Shown here piece after piece: positions 1 to 10,289 of a DNA stretch of 64,000 nucleotides (its first letter is position 1; each line of letters opens with the position of its first letter). The translations under genes and the position numbers were made by a program. The stretch is from an uncultured Sunxiuqinia sp. (lineage in GTDB: Bacteria; Bacteroidota; Bacteroidia; Bacteroidales; Prolixibacteraceae). The stretch covers positions 1,003,470 through 1,067,469 of the forward strand of contig OZ223309.1 in assembly GCA_965140765.1 (NCBI GenBank). The letters run 5' to 3'. Under the pieces are notes generated by a model. It ran no database searches, was not told where the DNA came from, and saw only the letters and a list, made by a program, of their open reading frames with translations.

Positions 1-588
1 ACTAAAGGTTGTCCATACTTTCTTTGGGCCATCTACCGTATCATAAGTTGATAGAAGTGGCGAGCTTCGCGGGCGAATAACTTTTGAGGTGTCGAAATCG
101 GCTGGCGGAACAAAGAAATAATCTTTGCCCGGTTCTTCCTGGTTCAGGAATTGCTTGAACCAAATGCCTTTGCTGCTCGCATGATTGGCGACCAAATCGG
201 CCATCAGCAAAAAATCTTTCTCCAGTGCTTCAATGTTACTCCAGTCTCCCAATTCAGGGTTTATCTTGTAAAAGTCCATCACCGAAAATCCATCGTCACT
301 GCTATACGGAAAAAATGGAAGAATGTGTATGGTAGAAATGCACCCGCGAAAATGCTCGTTGGCAAACTTCCGCAAGGTTTCAAGCGGAGCTTCTCCCTTT
401 TGCTTCACCACATCGCCATAAGTAATCAGTACCACCTTACGCTCATCCCAAAGTGGACGTTGTTTTGGGGTTGGATTTTTTCTCTCTTCAACGAATTGCA
501 AAAAATCTTCAATCCACTTTTCTGATAATGTCTTCCGATAGATCCGGTTTAACCTGTTAATCAGCTTCGTTCTCAATCGTATATGCAT
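1..588 (-). CDS. GH13_18 sucrose-phosphorylase family enzyme, probably glucosylglycerate phosphorylase (5' part only; continues off the window start)
   Basis: Not in the ORF track. Manual translation from ATG at 588: MHIRLRTKLINRL...VLITYGD...HILPFFPYSSDDGFSVMD...DLVANHASS...RPRSSPLL...VWTTFS. These are typical GH13_18 N-terminal motifs, and the gene follows the GpgS-like gene by 5 bp. Confidence 0.85.
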   Translation of the reverse strand, partial: MHIRLRTKLINRLNRIYRKTLSEKWIEDFLQFVEERKNPTPKQRPLWDERKVVLITYGDVVKQKGEAPLETLRKFANEHFRGCISTIHILPFFPYSSDDGFSVMDFYKINPELGDWSNIEALEKDFLLMADLVANHASSKGIWFKQFLNQEEPGKDYFFVPPADFDTSKVIRPRSSPLLSTYDTVDGPKKVWTTFS

Positions 589-593
589 ATATC

Positions 594-1817
594 TTACATC
601 TTATTATCTTGCTCTACTGCATCATTAAAAATATCCAACACATCCGGAATGGCATCCAATACTCGTTTCCACGATGGTATAAACGGAATCAGGTTGGGGT
701 TGTCAAGGTATTCAACTCCGGCGCGATAAATGTTTGCCGCAAAAATATCAACTGTTTGTTCTTCTTTATGGCGATCCATTGCAAGTCCATTAATCGAAGC
801 ATCGGCTGCGTATTGTTCAACCATGTCGAGTGCCATTCGTAGATAAGTAGCTTTTACGGTTCGGAAAATACCTTTGCTAAAAACAGAACCCTGGGTTGCT
901 AATTTGGCATAAATACTCCGTGCAATATCAAAACTCATTTTTGAAAGTCCTGAATTCGGATCGTCGTGCGATTCAGGTTGGTGTTTATGATCGTATCCAT
1001 CGGCAATCTCGACCTGGCAAATCCGGTTGATGGCGTTGTTTCGCTGAACTTCAGAAAGAATTCCTACTTCAAGTCCCCAGTCTGAAGGGATGCGAACTGT
1101 TTTCATAATATCAGCCCGCATCGAAAATTCGCCAGCCAAAATGTAGCGGAAGTGATCCAGAAAGTCGAGATAGTCATTCGCAGGGAACACCTTTTTCAGC
1201 GATCGAATCAATGGAGTAACCATCAAGCGAGTAACACGACCATTCAATTTTGTGCCATCTGAACGGAAATAATACCCCTTACAAAACTTATAGTTGAATT
1301 TTGGATCAGCAACCGGATAAAACAACCGAGCGAGCATGTCGCGCGAGTATGTAATCACATCGGCATCGTGCAGAGCAATGGCTTCTGAACGGCCTGAGGC
1401 AATCATGTACCCAAAACAAAACCAAACATTTCGACCTTTACCCGGATCGCCGGTGTATATTTTATTTTCTTCAAATAGCTTTTGAATGGCTTTCATTCGC
1501 GGGCCATCGTTCCAAATTACCCGGCAACGCCTTTGTTCTGTCGTTAATTCCTTGAAATACTCCTTCGCGTGCAAGTATTGCTCCTTTGTAGCACGGTCAA
1601 GTCCAATGGTTATTTCATTAATATAGGGAACATTTTTCAGGATATTAACAATGTTTTTCAGAGCTGGCTGTTCCAACTCAGAGTATAATGAAGGAATAAT
1701 TAAACCCATCTTTCTTCTTTTCGAAAACTTCATCAATTTCGCTTCCAGGTACTCTAATGTTGAATAATTCAAATTGTGAAGTGTCGTAATTCCTCCATTT
1801 TGGTGAAAATCTCCCAT
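594..1817 (-). CDS. gpgS: Glucosyl-3-phosphoglycerate synthase-like glycosyltransferase (GT-A fold)
   Basis: MGDFHQNG-ITTLH N-terminus, GKGRNVW, ALHDAD (DxD), GRVTRL, LAGEF, DWGLEVG and YDHKHQ motifs; neighbour of a GH13_18 phosphorylase. Confidence 0.75.
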   Translation of the reverse strand: MGDFHQNGGITTLHNLNYSTLEYLEAKLMKFSKRRKMGLIIPSLYSELEQPALKNIVNILKNVPYINEITIGLDRATKEQYLHAKEYFKELTTEQRRCRVIWNDGPRMKAIQKLFEENKIYTGDPGKGRNVWFCFGYMIASGRSEAIALHDADVITYSRDMLARLFYPVADPKFNYKFCKGYYFRSDGTKLNGRVTRLMVTPLIRSLKKVFPANDYLDFLDHFRYILAGEFSMRADIMKTVRIPSDWGLEVGILSEVQRNNAINRICQVEIADGYDHKHQPESHDDPNSGLSKMSFDIARSIYAKLATQGSVFSKGIFRTVKATYLRMALDMVEQYAADASINGLAMDRHKEEQTVDIFAANIYRAGVEYLDNPNLIPFIPSWKRVLDAIPDVLDIFNDAVEQDNKM

Positions 1818-1857
1818 AGTGTTGTGTTTTTAGTTTTAGTTTTTTTGTTCCCAAAAG

Positions 1858-2760
1858 TTATAGAATATCTATTAGTTGTTCGAGTGAAGTGATAATATAA
1901 TCGGGTTGTATTTTTGATGCTAGTTCGTGATCTTTTCGCAGCCGGTAAGCACGCATGTCGCCCGCAAAAAAGCAGGTTTTAAATCCTACTTGTGATGATG
2001 CATATATATCTTTCAGCATGTCGTTGCCAACATACAAAACATCTTGGGGTTTTAGGCCACGCTTTTTAAGTGGTTCAACCAACTCTTCATATATTAAAGG
2101 GTCGGGTTTTCCTTTTAATATTTTGTAACTGAAAACTGACAAGTCTTTTTCAAAGCCATCAATGAATTCGTCGGTTTTTACTCTACCATATAAAAAATAA
2201 TTCATGATAATTGGCGTATAGAATTGAGCATTAGAAACGATGCCGAGCGGATAACCTTTTGTTTTTAAATCGTTGAGTGTTTCTTTCAACCCCGGCATTG
2301 GCCATACTTGGTTGCTCTTCAGCTCAAATAAAAAAGTAAACAGCCTGATATTTGAAAAATCAGATGACTTAATTAAACCATCGGCTTCCGCTTTTTTTAG
2401 GGTGCTGTCCCAAATTTCAACCAAATTCAATTCGGGAAAAGGCGTGCCACTGTCTTTGGCGATTTGTTTCTCAAGCACGATTACTTTTTCAAATATGCCA
2501 TGAATTGACATTAACTTGTTCTCGGGAACTAGAATTTTGTACCCTGAATTACTTAATGCTTCGCTAAACATTGAGACATCGTATGAGTCCTGCATGATGT
2601 CGCCAGACGCCGATATGATTAACGTGCCATAAATATCAAAAATGACAGCTTTTATGTTTTCAGCCTTTTTATATTTTGCTTGCGCATCAGTTGGGCGGAT
2701 GGCAATCGGTTCAATCTTTTTTAAAAAGGGCCGGAGTTTGTCTGTAAACATGAATTGCAA
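1858..2760 (-). CDS. HAD-superfamily hydrolase
   Basis: FDIYGTL motif I, IVSNAQ motif II, KPDP motif III, YVGNDMLKDI motif IV. Confidence 0.8.
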   Translation of the reverse strand: MQFMFTDKLRPFLKKIEPIAIRPTDAQAKYKKAENIKAVIFDIYGTLIISASGDIMQDSYDVSMFSEALSNSGYKILVPENKLMSIHGIFEKVIVLEKQIAKDSGTPFPELNLVEIWDSTLKKAEADGLIKSSDFSNIRLFTFLFELKSNQVWPMPGLKETLNDLKTKGYPLGIVSNAQFYTPIIMNYFLYGRVKTDEFIDGFEKDLSVFSYKILKGKPDPLIYEELVEPLKKRGLKPQDVLYVGNDMLKDIYASSQVGFKTCFFAGDMRAYRLRKDHELASKIQPDYIITSLEQLIDIL

Positions 2761-3204
2761 TTTTGAAATTTCGTTAAAAAAAACAGATATCGGTTAGCAA
2801 GATAGATTCTAATGTCCGTAATTACAACGTTTCGTCAGTGTATCAGTTCATAATTTTACAAATGGATAAAGTTATATCCTGATTTTAACGTCGATTTTTC
2901 GAGAAATCAGGAGTAACTGTGAGAAATTAGCATTTTGCAGGTATGGGTTCAAAGTTAATTCTCAGTTTTACAAAAAGCTTGGTAACGTTCATGCTGATCC
3001 AATTGATCGGTTTGTAAACTGCGAAAAAGAAAGGGATTCATTATTCGAACGTTGCCTAATCCTGACTAGGGACGAGATGCTGTTTAAATTAACTTTAAAT
3101 CAGAGGAACTCGCTTTGAGAACATATTTAAACCATGCAAATTCGACTATTTTTGCAGCGGTTTATTTCTAAAATAATAATAATACTATCCTAAAAATTAA
3201 TAAC

Positions 3205-4863
3205 ATGACCATTAGCGCATTACAAAAAGCAAGGGCAGAATACCAGCCTAAACTTCCAAAGTCTTTAAAAGGTTCTGTAAAAATTGTTGAAGGTGCAGCA
3301 ACTGAATCTGTCGCTGACCAGGACGAAATAAAAAAACTATTCCCCAATACGTATGGAATGCCGATCTTAATTTTTGAAGAAGGAGCGGCTGCGGCATCTT
3401 CTGCTGTTAACGTTGGTGTGATTCTTTCAGGAGGACAGGCTCCGGGTGGACACAACGTTATTTCCGGTATTTTCGATGGAATTAAAAAGTTGAACCCAGA
3501 CAGTAAATTGTATGGCTTCCTTGGTGGCCCGGGAGGATTGGTTGATCATGATTATAAAGAAATTACTGCTGACTTTCTTGAAGGGTACAGAAATACCGGA
3601 GGTTTTGATATCATCGGTTCAGGCCGTACGAAGTTAGAAGAAGAAGCTCAGTTCGACAAAGGACTTGAAATTTTAAAACAACTTGACATTAAAGCGTTGG
3701 TAATTATTGGCGGTGATGACAGTAATACAAACGCCTGTGTATTAGCTGAATATTATGCTGCTAAAAATGCCGGTGTGCAAGTTATTGGTTGTCCTAAGAC
3801 GATTGATGGTGACTTGAAAAACGAAATGATTGAAACCTCTTTTGGATTTGACACTGCAGTGAAAGTATATTCAGAGTTGATTGGTAATATTCAGCGCGAT
3901 GCCAATTCAGCAAAAAAATACTGGCACTTTATCAAATTAATGGGACGTTCGGCGTCGCACATTGGTTTGGAGGCTGCTTTGCAAACACAACCAAATATTA
4001 CATTGATTTCGGAAGAAGTTGCTGAGAAAAAACAAACCCTGGAAGAAATTGTGGAATACATGGCCGGCATTATCGCCAAGCGCGCTGAAAGCGGGAATAA
4101 TTTTGGTGTTGCTTTGATTCCTGAGGGCTTGGTTGAATTTGTTCCTGAGATGAAAGCGTTAATCGCAGAGTTGAATGACTTATTGGCTGAAGGTTCAGAT
4201 TCAGAAAAGAAGTTTAAATCATTTACGGATAAGGCTGAAGGTCGTGCGTTTGTTGCAAGTATTCTTTCTGCGGATTCAGCTAAAGCATATCAGTCATTAC
4301 CTACTTTAATTGCCGACCAGCTGACTTTGGATCGTGACCCACACGGAAACGTTCAGGTTTCGTTGATTGAGACTGAGAAGTTATTGGGTGAAATGGTTAA
4401 ATCAAAATTAGATACCATGAAGTCCAGCGGAGAATTTAAAGGGAAGTTTGGTACACAATACCACTTCTTTGGATATGAAGGACGTTGTGCCGCTCCATCA
4501 AATTTCGATGCTGATTATTGCTACTCATTGGGGTACACTGCTTCAGTATTGATTGGTTCAGGAAAAACCGGTTATATGTCGAGCGTGAGAAATACAACTG
4601 CTCCTGCAGATGAGTGGATCGCAGGCGGAGTTCCGGTAACTCAAATGATGAACATGGAGAAACGCCACGGTCATATGAAGCCTGTAATTCAAAAAGCATT
4701 GGTAGAATTGGATGGGGCTCCTTACAAGTATCTTGTTGAAAATCGTGAGAAGTGGGCAATTGAAACCAGCTATTTATATCCGGGACCAATTCAATATTGG
4801 GGACCAACTGAAGTTTGTGATTTGACAACTGTTACTTTGCAACTTGAGCAAAAAGGAAAATAG
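3205..4863 (+). CDS. pfp: Diphosphate-dependent phosphofructokinase (long PPi-PFK)
   Basis: SGGQAPGGHN, GGFD, IGGDDSNT, PKTIDGD, MGRSASH and GYEGR motifs; 552 aa. Confidence 0.95.
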   Translation: MTISALQKARAEYQPKLPKSLKGSVKIVEGAATESVADQDEIKKLFPNTYGMPILIFEEGAAAASSAVNVGVILSGGQAPGGHNVISGIFDGIKKLNPDSKLYGFLGGPGGLVDHDYKEITADFLEGYRNTGGFDIIGSGRTKLEEEAQFDKGLEILKQLDIKALVIIGGDDSNTNACVLAEYYAAKNAGVQVIGCPKTIDGDLKNEMIETSFGFDTAVKVYSELIGNIQRDANSAKKYWHFIKLMGRSASHIGLEAALQTQPNITLISEEVAEKKQTLEEIVEYMAGIIAKRAESGNNFGVALIPEGLVEFVPEMKALIAELNDLLAEGSDSEKKFKSFTDKAEGRAFVASILSADSAKAYQSLPTLIADQLTLDRDPHGNVQVSLIETEKLLGEMVKSKLDTMKSSGEFKGKFGTQYHFFGYEGRCAAPSNFDADYCYSLGYTASVLIGSGKTGYMSSVRNTTAPADEWIAGGVPVTQMMNMEKRHGHMKPVIQKALVELDGAPYKYLVENREKWAIETSYLYPGPIQYWGPTEVCDLTTVTLQLEQKGK

Positions 4864-4886
4864 TTCTTCATTGAATTAGATAAATC

Positions 4887-4917
4887 AAACCTCTGTGATT
4901 AATCACAGAGGTTTTTT
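4887..4917 (+). terminator. Intrinsic terminator after pfp
   Basis: AAACCTCTGTGATT/AATCACAGAGGTTT perfect inverted repeat followed by T residues. Confidence 0.75.
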
Positions 4918-4969
4918 GTTAAATTCGTGTTTGTTTGGGAGTGAATTTATCCTTGAAAAAAAAATCATC

Positions 4970-5449
4970 ATGAAAAAGATACTTAATGTTCATCGTAATA
5001 ACGATCCGGAAAAATATCAATGTATTGGCTGTTCTCCACATAATCCAATTGGAATTAAATTAGAATTTTGGGATTATGGCGAAAACATTATTGCGAACTG
5101 GAGTCCGCGTCCTGAATTTATGGGTTGGGAGAATGTATTACACGGTGGAATTCAGGCTACTTTGCTTGATGAAATTTCAGCTTGGGTTGTTTATACAAAG
5201 TGTAAAACCGCCGGAGTTACCGCTGAGATGCATGTAAAGTACAAAAAGCCGGTTTATACCAATCAAGGTGAATTAACAATAAAAGGAAAGTTAGTTGAGA
5301 TGAATAAGAGGTTGGCAATTATACATGCTGAAATACTGGATCAGAATAGCCAGCTTTGCGCTGAAGCCGATGTTAAGTATTTCATTTTTCCGGAAAAAAT
5401 TGCCCGCGAAAAATTTCACTATCCCGGAATCGAAGCTTTCTACGAATAA
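4970..5449 (+). CDS. PaaI-family hotdog thioesterase
   Basis: CIGC...N motif and LHGGIQATLLDE; ATG at 4970 preferred over the GTG at 4895. Confidence 0.85.
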   Translation: MKKILNVHRNNDPEKYQCIGCSPHNPIGIKLEFWDYGENIIANWSPRPEFMGWENVLHGGIQATLLDEISAWVVYTKCKTAGVTAEMHVKYKKPVYTNQGELTIKGKLVEMNKRLAIIHAEILDQNSQLCAEADVKYFIFPEKIAREKFHYPGIEAFYE

Positions 5450-5462
5450 TTGTTTCGAGTAA

Positions 5463-5735
5463 TTATGCTTCAGCTGGAAGATTGAGAGTGTTTTTTAAAG
5501 GTCCCCAGGGCGCTGGAATTTCTGTTGATCCATAGCTGCTGATACTATCTTCTTTGTCTTGTTTAATTATAGGAAGCTTCTCTTCACTCTGCTTAATCTT
5601 GGGAGTTGGTGTTATTTCAGCAGGAGCAGTAATCGAAACGCTATCAGGAATAAGCGGCTGATTAATTTTCACCTCATGGGTTAGTTTTAAACCTAGTAAA
5701 TAAAAGACTGATGATGCAAGAATAATTAATTTCAT
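5463..5735 (-). CDS. Small hypothetical protein with N-terminal hydrophobic segment
   Basis: MKLIILASSVFYLLGL signal-like start; fills an intergenic gap; no family recognised. Confidence 0.45.
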   Translation of the reverse strand: MKLIILASSVFYLLGLKLTHEVKINQPLIPDSVSITAPAEITPTPKIKQSEEKLPIIKQDKEDSISSYGSTEIPAPWGPLKNTLNLPAEA

Positions 5736-5953
5736 GTGTTTTTACTTTTTCAATTTAAGTTCGTGCAATTTCGATACTTAATATTGTCAAAATTACCCTT
5801 TTTTATTTCATGTATCCGAAATTTATCGATGAATGACCGATATTTTTCTTTAAATAATGTTAATAGAGCTTTAAATCGTTTATTTCAGTTTAAGAAATTG
5901 GTTGATCAAGTCTTGGATTGATTATATGTTTAGGTGTTGATAGTCAGGTGTTT

Positions 5954-6979
5954 TCAGGCAAGAAGCTGGTTTTCTTCAGGCGAGTTGAGGTCGTGCTCAG
6001 GATAGACAATTCCGCAATCCGCTCTCACACGATCCAGAATTTCAATTAAATCAAGCGATTTTTGGAGCGGCATTAAATTACTCTCGATTTTACCTTCATC
6101 TAAACATTGCATAACGTGCTGTGCCTCGAATTGGTAGCCAGTGCCGTTATTTTGTTCGATCGGTATGTTTAGTTCTTCATTCCTTCCTTCTTCCCAAATG
6201 GTCAACGTTGTAGGCGTAAACCAGCGTTTGTTTAAACGGAGATAACCTTTTTCAAACCAAAACTCAGTTTGGGTAGAGGAGTAAGCTGCAAAGGATGCAC
6301 TTAATGATGCCATGGCACCATTTGAATAGCCGAAGCTCACCAAAATACTCTCGTCGCAATTCGTGAAACCACGTTGGATAAGAGTTCTTATTTGAGTGGG
6401 CTTGCCTAAAGTCAGAAGTGAAGCAAACACCGGATAAATGCCAATGTCGAGCAAAGCACCACCTCCTAGTTCTGAATTATACAAACGTTGTGCGGCATCT
6501 TTTTCGGAATTAAAAGCGAAGTCGGAACGTACGATCTTTATCTGGCCTAATCGTTTCGATTCAATAATTTTCAGGGCCTTAATAAAACTGGGTTGAAACC
6601 GGGTCCAAAAGGCTTCCATTAAAAAGGTATTGTTGGCTTTTGAACAAGCAATCATTTCTTTTACTTCTCTTGTGTTTATTGCAAACGCTTTTTCGCATAG
6701 GGTCGCTTTTTTATGATGAAGACAAAGTAATGCGTGTTGATAATGATGAGAGTGCGGCGTGGCAATATAAACGATATCAACTTTCGGGTCATTTACCAAC
6801 TCCTCGTAACTCCCGTAAGCTTTTTCAAAATTGAATTTAGAGGCAAAATGCTGTGCTCGGTCCAAGGTTCTCGAAGCGGCAGCATAGAGATTAGCTTGAG
6901 GCAGGAGTGCTAAGTCGGCAGCAAATTTTGATGCTATTCTTCCACAGCCTAAAATTGCCCAGTTGTATATTTCTGTCAT
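5954..6979 (-). CDS. Gfo/Idh/MocA-family oxidoreductase
   Basis: WAILGCGRIA Rossmann start, IATPHSHH, CEKAF, GGALLDIGIY. Confidence 0.9.
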   Translation of the reverse strand: MTEIYNWAILGCGRIASKFAADLALLPQANLYAAASRTLDRAQHFASKFNFEKAYGSYEELVNDPKVDIVYIATPHSHHYQHALLCLHHKKATLCEKAFAINTREVKEMIACSKANNTFLMEAFWTRFQPSFIKALKIIESKRLGQIKIVRSDFAFNSEKDAAQRLYNSELGGGALLDIGIYPVFASLLTLGKPTQIRTLIQRGFTNCDESILVSFGYSNGAMASLSASFAAYSSTQTEFWFEKGYLRLNKRWFTPTTLTIWEEGRNEELNIPIEQNNGTGYQFEAQHVMQCLDEGKIESNLMPLQKSLDLIEILDRVRADCGIVYPEHDLNSPEENQLLA

Positions 6980-7127
6980 GCTTGCGATCTAGATGGTTTT
7001 GATCGGGAAAGATATAAAATATTGACAGAATAATTTTCTATCGAATGCCTCGTGTTCAGACAAAAGAATAATTCATAGTGCAAGTTTTTTCATTAACTTG
7101 TGTCAAGTAGGTAGTTTAAAATTGCCG

Positions 7128-7706
7128 ATGGACGAAGAACAGTTAATTCAAGCAATACAGACGGGCGATGAGAGAGCTTTTAAACAACTGGTAGAAAAAT
7201 ACCAGTTGTTGGTCGTAAATACTTGCAAAAGCTTTGTGCATAATATGCACGATGCCGAAGATATTAGTCAGGACGTGTTTATTGAGGTATTTAATTCTGC
7301 ATATAAATTTAGAGGAGAGTCGAAGCTATCGACCTGGATTTACCGGATTACTGTTAATAAATCGTTGAACTTTATCCGCGATCATAAAAAGCAATCACTC
7401 TTTCAATCTATTGGAAATACCTTGTTTGGAACGAGTCAATCGTTGGATGTGAGAGCAAACAGCTATGCTGACCGACCAGATTTTCAGGCTGAAAACAACG
7501 AGCGAAAAGCGAATTTATATCAAGCGATTGATGCTCTTCCTGAACGGCAGCGGATTGCCTTTAACTTAAGTAAGTTTGAAGACTTGTCTTATCGGGAAGT
7601 AGCCGATGTAATGCAATTGTCGGTATCTTCGGTGGAGTCGCTGATTCATCGAGCAAAACTGAATTTGCAAAAATCGCTGTATGCGTGTTATAAAAATGAA
7701 ATATGA
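7128..7706 (+). CDS. ECF RNA polymerase sigma-70 factor
   Basis: DAEDISQDVF, WIYRITVN, region 4 LSYREVA...VESLIHRAK. Confidence 0.9.
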   Translation: MDEEQLIQAIQTGDERAFKQLVEKYQLLVVNTCKSFVHNMHDAEDISQDVFIEVFNSAYKFRGESKLSTWIYRITVNKSLNFIRDHKKQSLFQSIGNTLFGTSQSLDVRANSYADRPDFQAENNERKANLYQAIDALPERQRIAFNLSKFEDLSYREVADVMQLSVSSVESLIHRAKLNLQKSLYACYKNEI

Positions 7707-7754
7707 GAGCAAGCTTTATTGTTTGTTTGGTGTCAAACTAAAAAATGGATAGGT

Positions 7755-8177
7755 ATGGACCAGAAACATGTCAAGGAAAAACTAATTTTTTTTCGGGAAC
7801 AGTCGTTGCCGGAAAATGAAATGAATGATATTCAGGAGCATCTTATTCACTGTAAGGTGTGTAGCTTGTATCTTGATCAATTGAATGATGATTTTGCTAC
7901 TATTCAGTCTGAAAAGCTTGTTTCAGCCGATCCATTCTACTATACAAGATTAAAAGCGAAAATGGAGCAGCATGAGCAGTTGGGAGTCTCATCCAGATCA
8001 TGGGCGCAAGTTGTTGTATTTTCTTTGCTATTGATTTTTGCAATAAGCAGTGGGATCATGCTTGGCAAGAATTTCTCAACTTTAGGTTATCAGAATGAAA
8101 AGGTAACTTCGGAATTATTACTTTTTGATGGAGCGAAGCAAGAGCCGATTGAACAATTTTTATTGACTGAAAAATGA
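7755..8177 (+). CDS. Zinc-finger anti-sigma factor, single transmembrane
   Basis: HLIHCKVC (HxxxCxxC) motif plus one TM helix, directly after an ECF sigma. Confidence 0.8.
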   Translation: MDQKHVKEKLIFFREQSLPENEMNDIQEHLIHCKVCSLYLDQLNDDFATIQSEKLVSADPFYYTRLKAKMEQHEQLGVSSRSWAQVVVFSLLLIFAISSGIMLGKNFSTLGYQNEKVTSELLLFDGAKQEPIEQFLLTEK

Positions 8178-8692
8178 TGATTGCAAAAACAAAACTATTA
8201 GCATGGCTTGTGGTGATTTTGTTGGCTACTAATGTCTCTACAATCTTGTCTTTTGCCTACCATCGATATGATGAGTTGAAGCAGGAGCCAAAAGAGGAAA
8301 TGACACAGATGCCCGGAGAACAACGCACACGCTTTTTTAAGGAGCAGCTCGGATTGACTGTTGATCAGGTTGATCCTTTCAGAGAGGCCAACCAAAATTT
8401 CAATCAACAAGCTCGAAAAATTACGCGAAATCTGGAATTGCTCAGAGCAAGTTTGGTTGAAGAAATGATACGTGAGAATTCTAATCAAATTCATTTAGAG
8501 GAGTTGTCTGAGCAAATTGGCGAACAGCACACTCAGTTAAAAACTGTAACCTACACGTTTTATCTTAGTTTAAAGAAGCTTTGTAATGACGAGCAAAAAA
8601 AGCAGTTAGCTCATGTTTTTAAATCGCTGGTGTCGGCAGATCAGAATATTCAACTTCCCAGAGGAAGGAGGGGGAGACATAAATGGGAATAG
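8174..8692 (+). CDS. Spy/CpxP-like periplasmic protein
   Basis: N-terminal TM/signal, EQLGLTVDQ and LCNDEQK (LTxxQ-type) repeats; overlaps the anti-sigma stop codon. Confidence 0.7.
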   Translation: MMIAKTKLLAWLVVILLATNVSTILSFAYHRYDELKQEPKEEMTQMPGEQRTRFFKEQLGLTVDQVDPFREANQNFNQQARKITRNLELLRASLVEEMIRENSNQIHLEELSEQIGEQHTQLKTVTYTFYLSLKKLCNDEQKKQLAHVFKSLVSADQNIQLPRGRRGRHKWE

Positions 8693-8713
8693 AAACTATC
8701 TGGGGGTTCAATC

Positions 8714-8747
8714 AAAAGCTTTGCAATTTATTGCGAAGCTTTTTTTT
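8714..8747 (+). terminator. Intrinsic terminator
   Basis: AAAAGCTTTGCAAT/ATTGCGAAGCTTTT hairpin followed by a T-run. Confidence 0.7.
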
Positions 8748-8881
8748 GGGAAATAAATTGAATGTAGCGCAAGTATTTTTATGAAAATGTGTCTTACTAA
8801 CAAATATTAAAATAAACATTTGATTAAAATTAAATCACAACAGGCCTGTGAGAACAATCAATAATTTTAAAAAATAAAGAG

Positions 8882-9370
8882 ATGAGAATTAAGGTAATGA
8901 TTTTAAGTGTACTTTTTGTAACAGCACTTTCGGGAGTTGGAATTAGCCAACCAAAGTCGTCAGGATCACTTCCCTGTATTAATGGAATTTCAAACCTAAC
9001 TGATGATCAGAAAAACCAAATAACTGATTTGGAAGAAGATCATCAGAAAGAGATGAACACATATAGAGTTGAGCGCAGAAGTACAACTGACCAGAATTTA
9101 AAAGATCAGGTTTACGATAAGATGAAGCAAGCAAAGAGCAATCATCAGAGTCAGGTTTTACAAATTCTGAATGAGGACCAAAAGAAAGAATACCTAGCTA
9201 TTCAGAAATCGGGCAGAGGGCAATTTAGAAATAACTCAGGAACACGATGTGGCGTCCCCAATGGCAAAGGCTTAGGTCAGGGACGTGGGAGAAAAGGATC
9301 GGGGAAATGCAAAGTCAATTTTCGTGGCAATATAGGACAGGGACGAAATAGAGTGAATAATAACAGATAA
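8882..9370 (+). CDS. Exported Spy-like protein with Gly/Arg-rich tail
   Basis: Signal peptide, NLTDDQK and ILNEDQK LTxxQ-type repeats, GRG-rich C-terminus. Confidence 0.65.
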   Translation: MRIKVMILSVLFVTALSGVGISQPKSSGSLPCINGISNLTDDQKNQITDLEEDHQKEMNTYRVERRSTTDQNLKDQVYDKMKQAKSNHQSQVLQILNEDQKKEYLAIQKSGRGQFRNNSGTRCGVPNGKGLGQGRGRKGSGKCKVNFRGNIGQGRNRVNNNR

Positions 9371-9386
9371 AACAGGGGAGACTGTA

Positions 9387-10226
9387 ATGAAAAAATTAGC
9401 TCATATTTTTTTATTAGTTGGTATTGTATTGTCAGCCTGCGAACAGAGCGAAATGAATGGAGCTGAGTTGTCGGAGCTTTCGTTACTTTCAGTCGGAGTT
9501 GATGGAAACACTGATTTGTTGATTAATAAATTGAAGTCGGCTTTAATTATTAATGCAGTCGGCTTGTCTGATAATGACGTCGAAGGCTTGAAATGGATGA
9601 GGGAACAAGAAAAGCTCGCTGGTGATCTCTATACATTATTCAATTCAAACTACTCTTTGCGGATTTTTGCTAACATCTCGCGTAGTGAAAGTACGCATGC
9701 CAACGCTGTGCTTTATCTCCTAGAGCAATTTGGTATTGAAGATCCAGCGAACGATGAGCCCGGAGTGTTCGCAAATGAAAATTTACAAGCAGTATTTGAC
9801 GAACTGAAATTAGCTGGAGAATTTTCTTTGGTAGAAGCACTTAAAGTTGGAGCATACGTTGAGGAACTGGATATATTGGATCTGGAACAGCGTTTGGAAG
9901 ACACTGCTAACGAAGATATTGAGCTGGTCTATGAAAATCTTTTGCGTGGTTCGTGCAATCATTTGCGTGCTTTTACTCGTGTGTTGGCACGGTCTGGATA
10001 TGAATACCAGCCAACACTGTTAAGCGAAGAATACTTTGAGGAAACGATTGAGGGCGAAATGGAACGAGGAGGAGCGGCAGGTAGTTGTGCTTTAGGTTAT
10101 GACTATGCTAATCGGAATGGCAATTCTTTACGACATGGGTATTATTCAGCCGATTGTGATAGTGTTCCGGCTACCGGAGGAACAGGTCAACAGAATCGCT
10201 ATAGGAATGGAAAAGGAGGAAACTAG
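9387..10226 (+). CDS. DUF2202-like (ferritin-fold) lipoprotein
   Basis: Lipobox LSAC; MREQEKLAGDLY, SESTH, EELDILDL and GSCNHLRAF ExxH-type motifs. Confidence 0.7.
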   Translation: MKKLAHIFLLVGIVLSACEQSEMNGAELSELSLLSVGVDGNTDLLINKLKSALIINAVGLSDNDVEGLKWMREQEKLAGDLYTLFNSNYSLRIFANISRSESTHANAVLYLLEQFGIEDPANDEPGVFANENLQAVFDELKLAGEFSLVEALKVGAYVEELDILDLEQRLEDTANEDIELVYENLLRGSCNHLRAFTRVLARSGYEYQPTLLSEEYFEETIEGEMERGGAAGSCALGYDYANRNGNSLRHGYYSADCDSVPATGGTGQQNRYRNGKGGN

Positions 10227-10245
10227 TATATTTCGATGATAAGTC

Positions 10246-10280
10246 AAAGGGGCAACAATTGAATATTGTTGCCCCTTTTT
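10246..10280. terminator. Bidirectional terminator between convergent genes
   Basis: AAAGGGGCAACAAT/ATTGTTGCCCCTTT inverted repeat with A-run and T-run flanks. Confidence 0.75.
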
Positions 10281-10289
10281 GTTTTACTT

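Noticed and set aside
151-525. 124-aa plus-strand ORF
   Set aside because: Antisense shadow of the GH13_18 gene on the minus strand.
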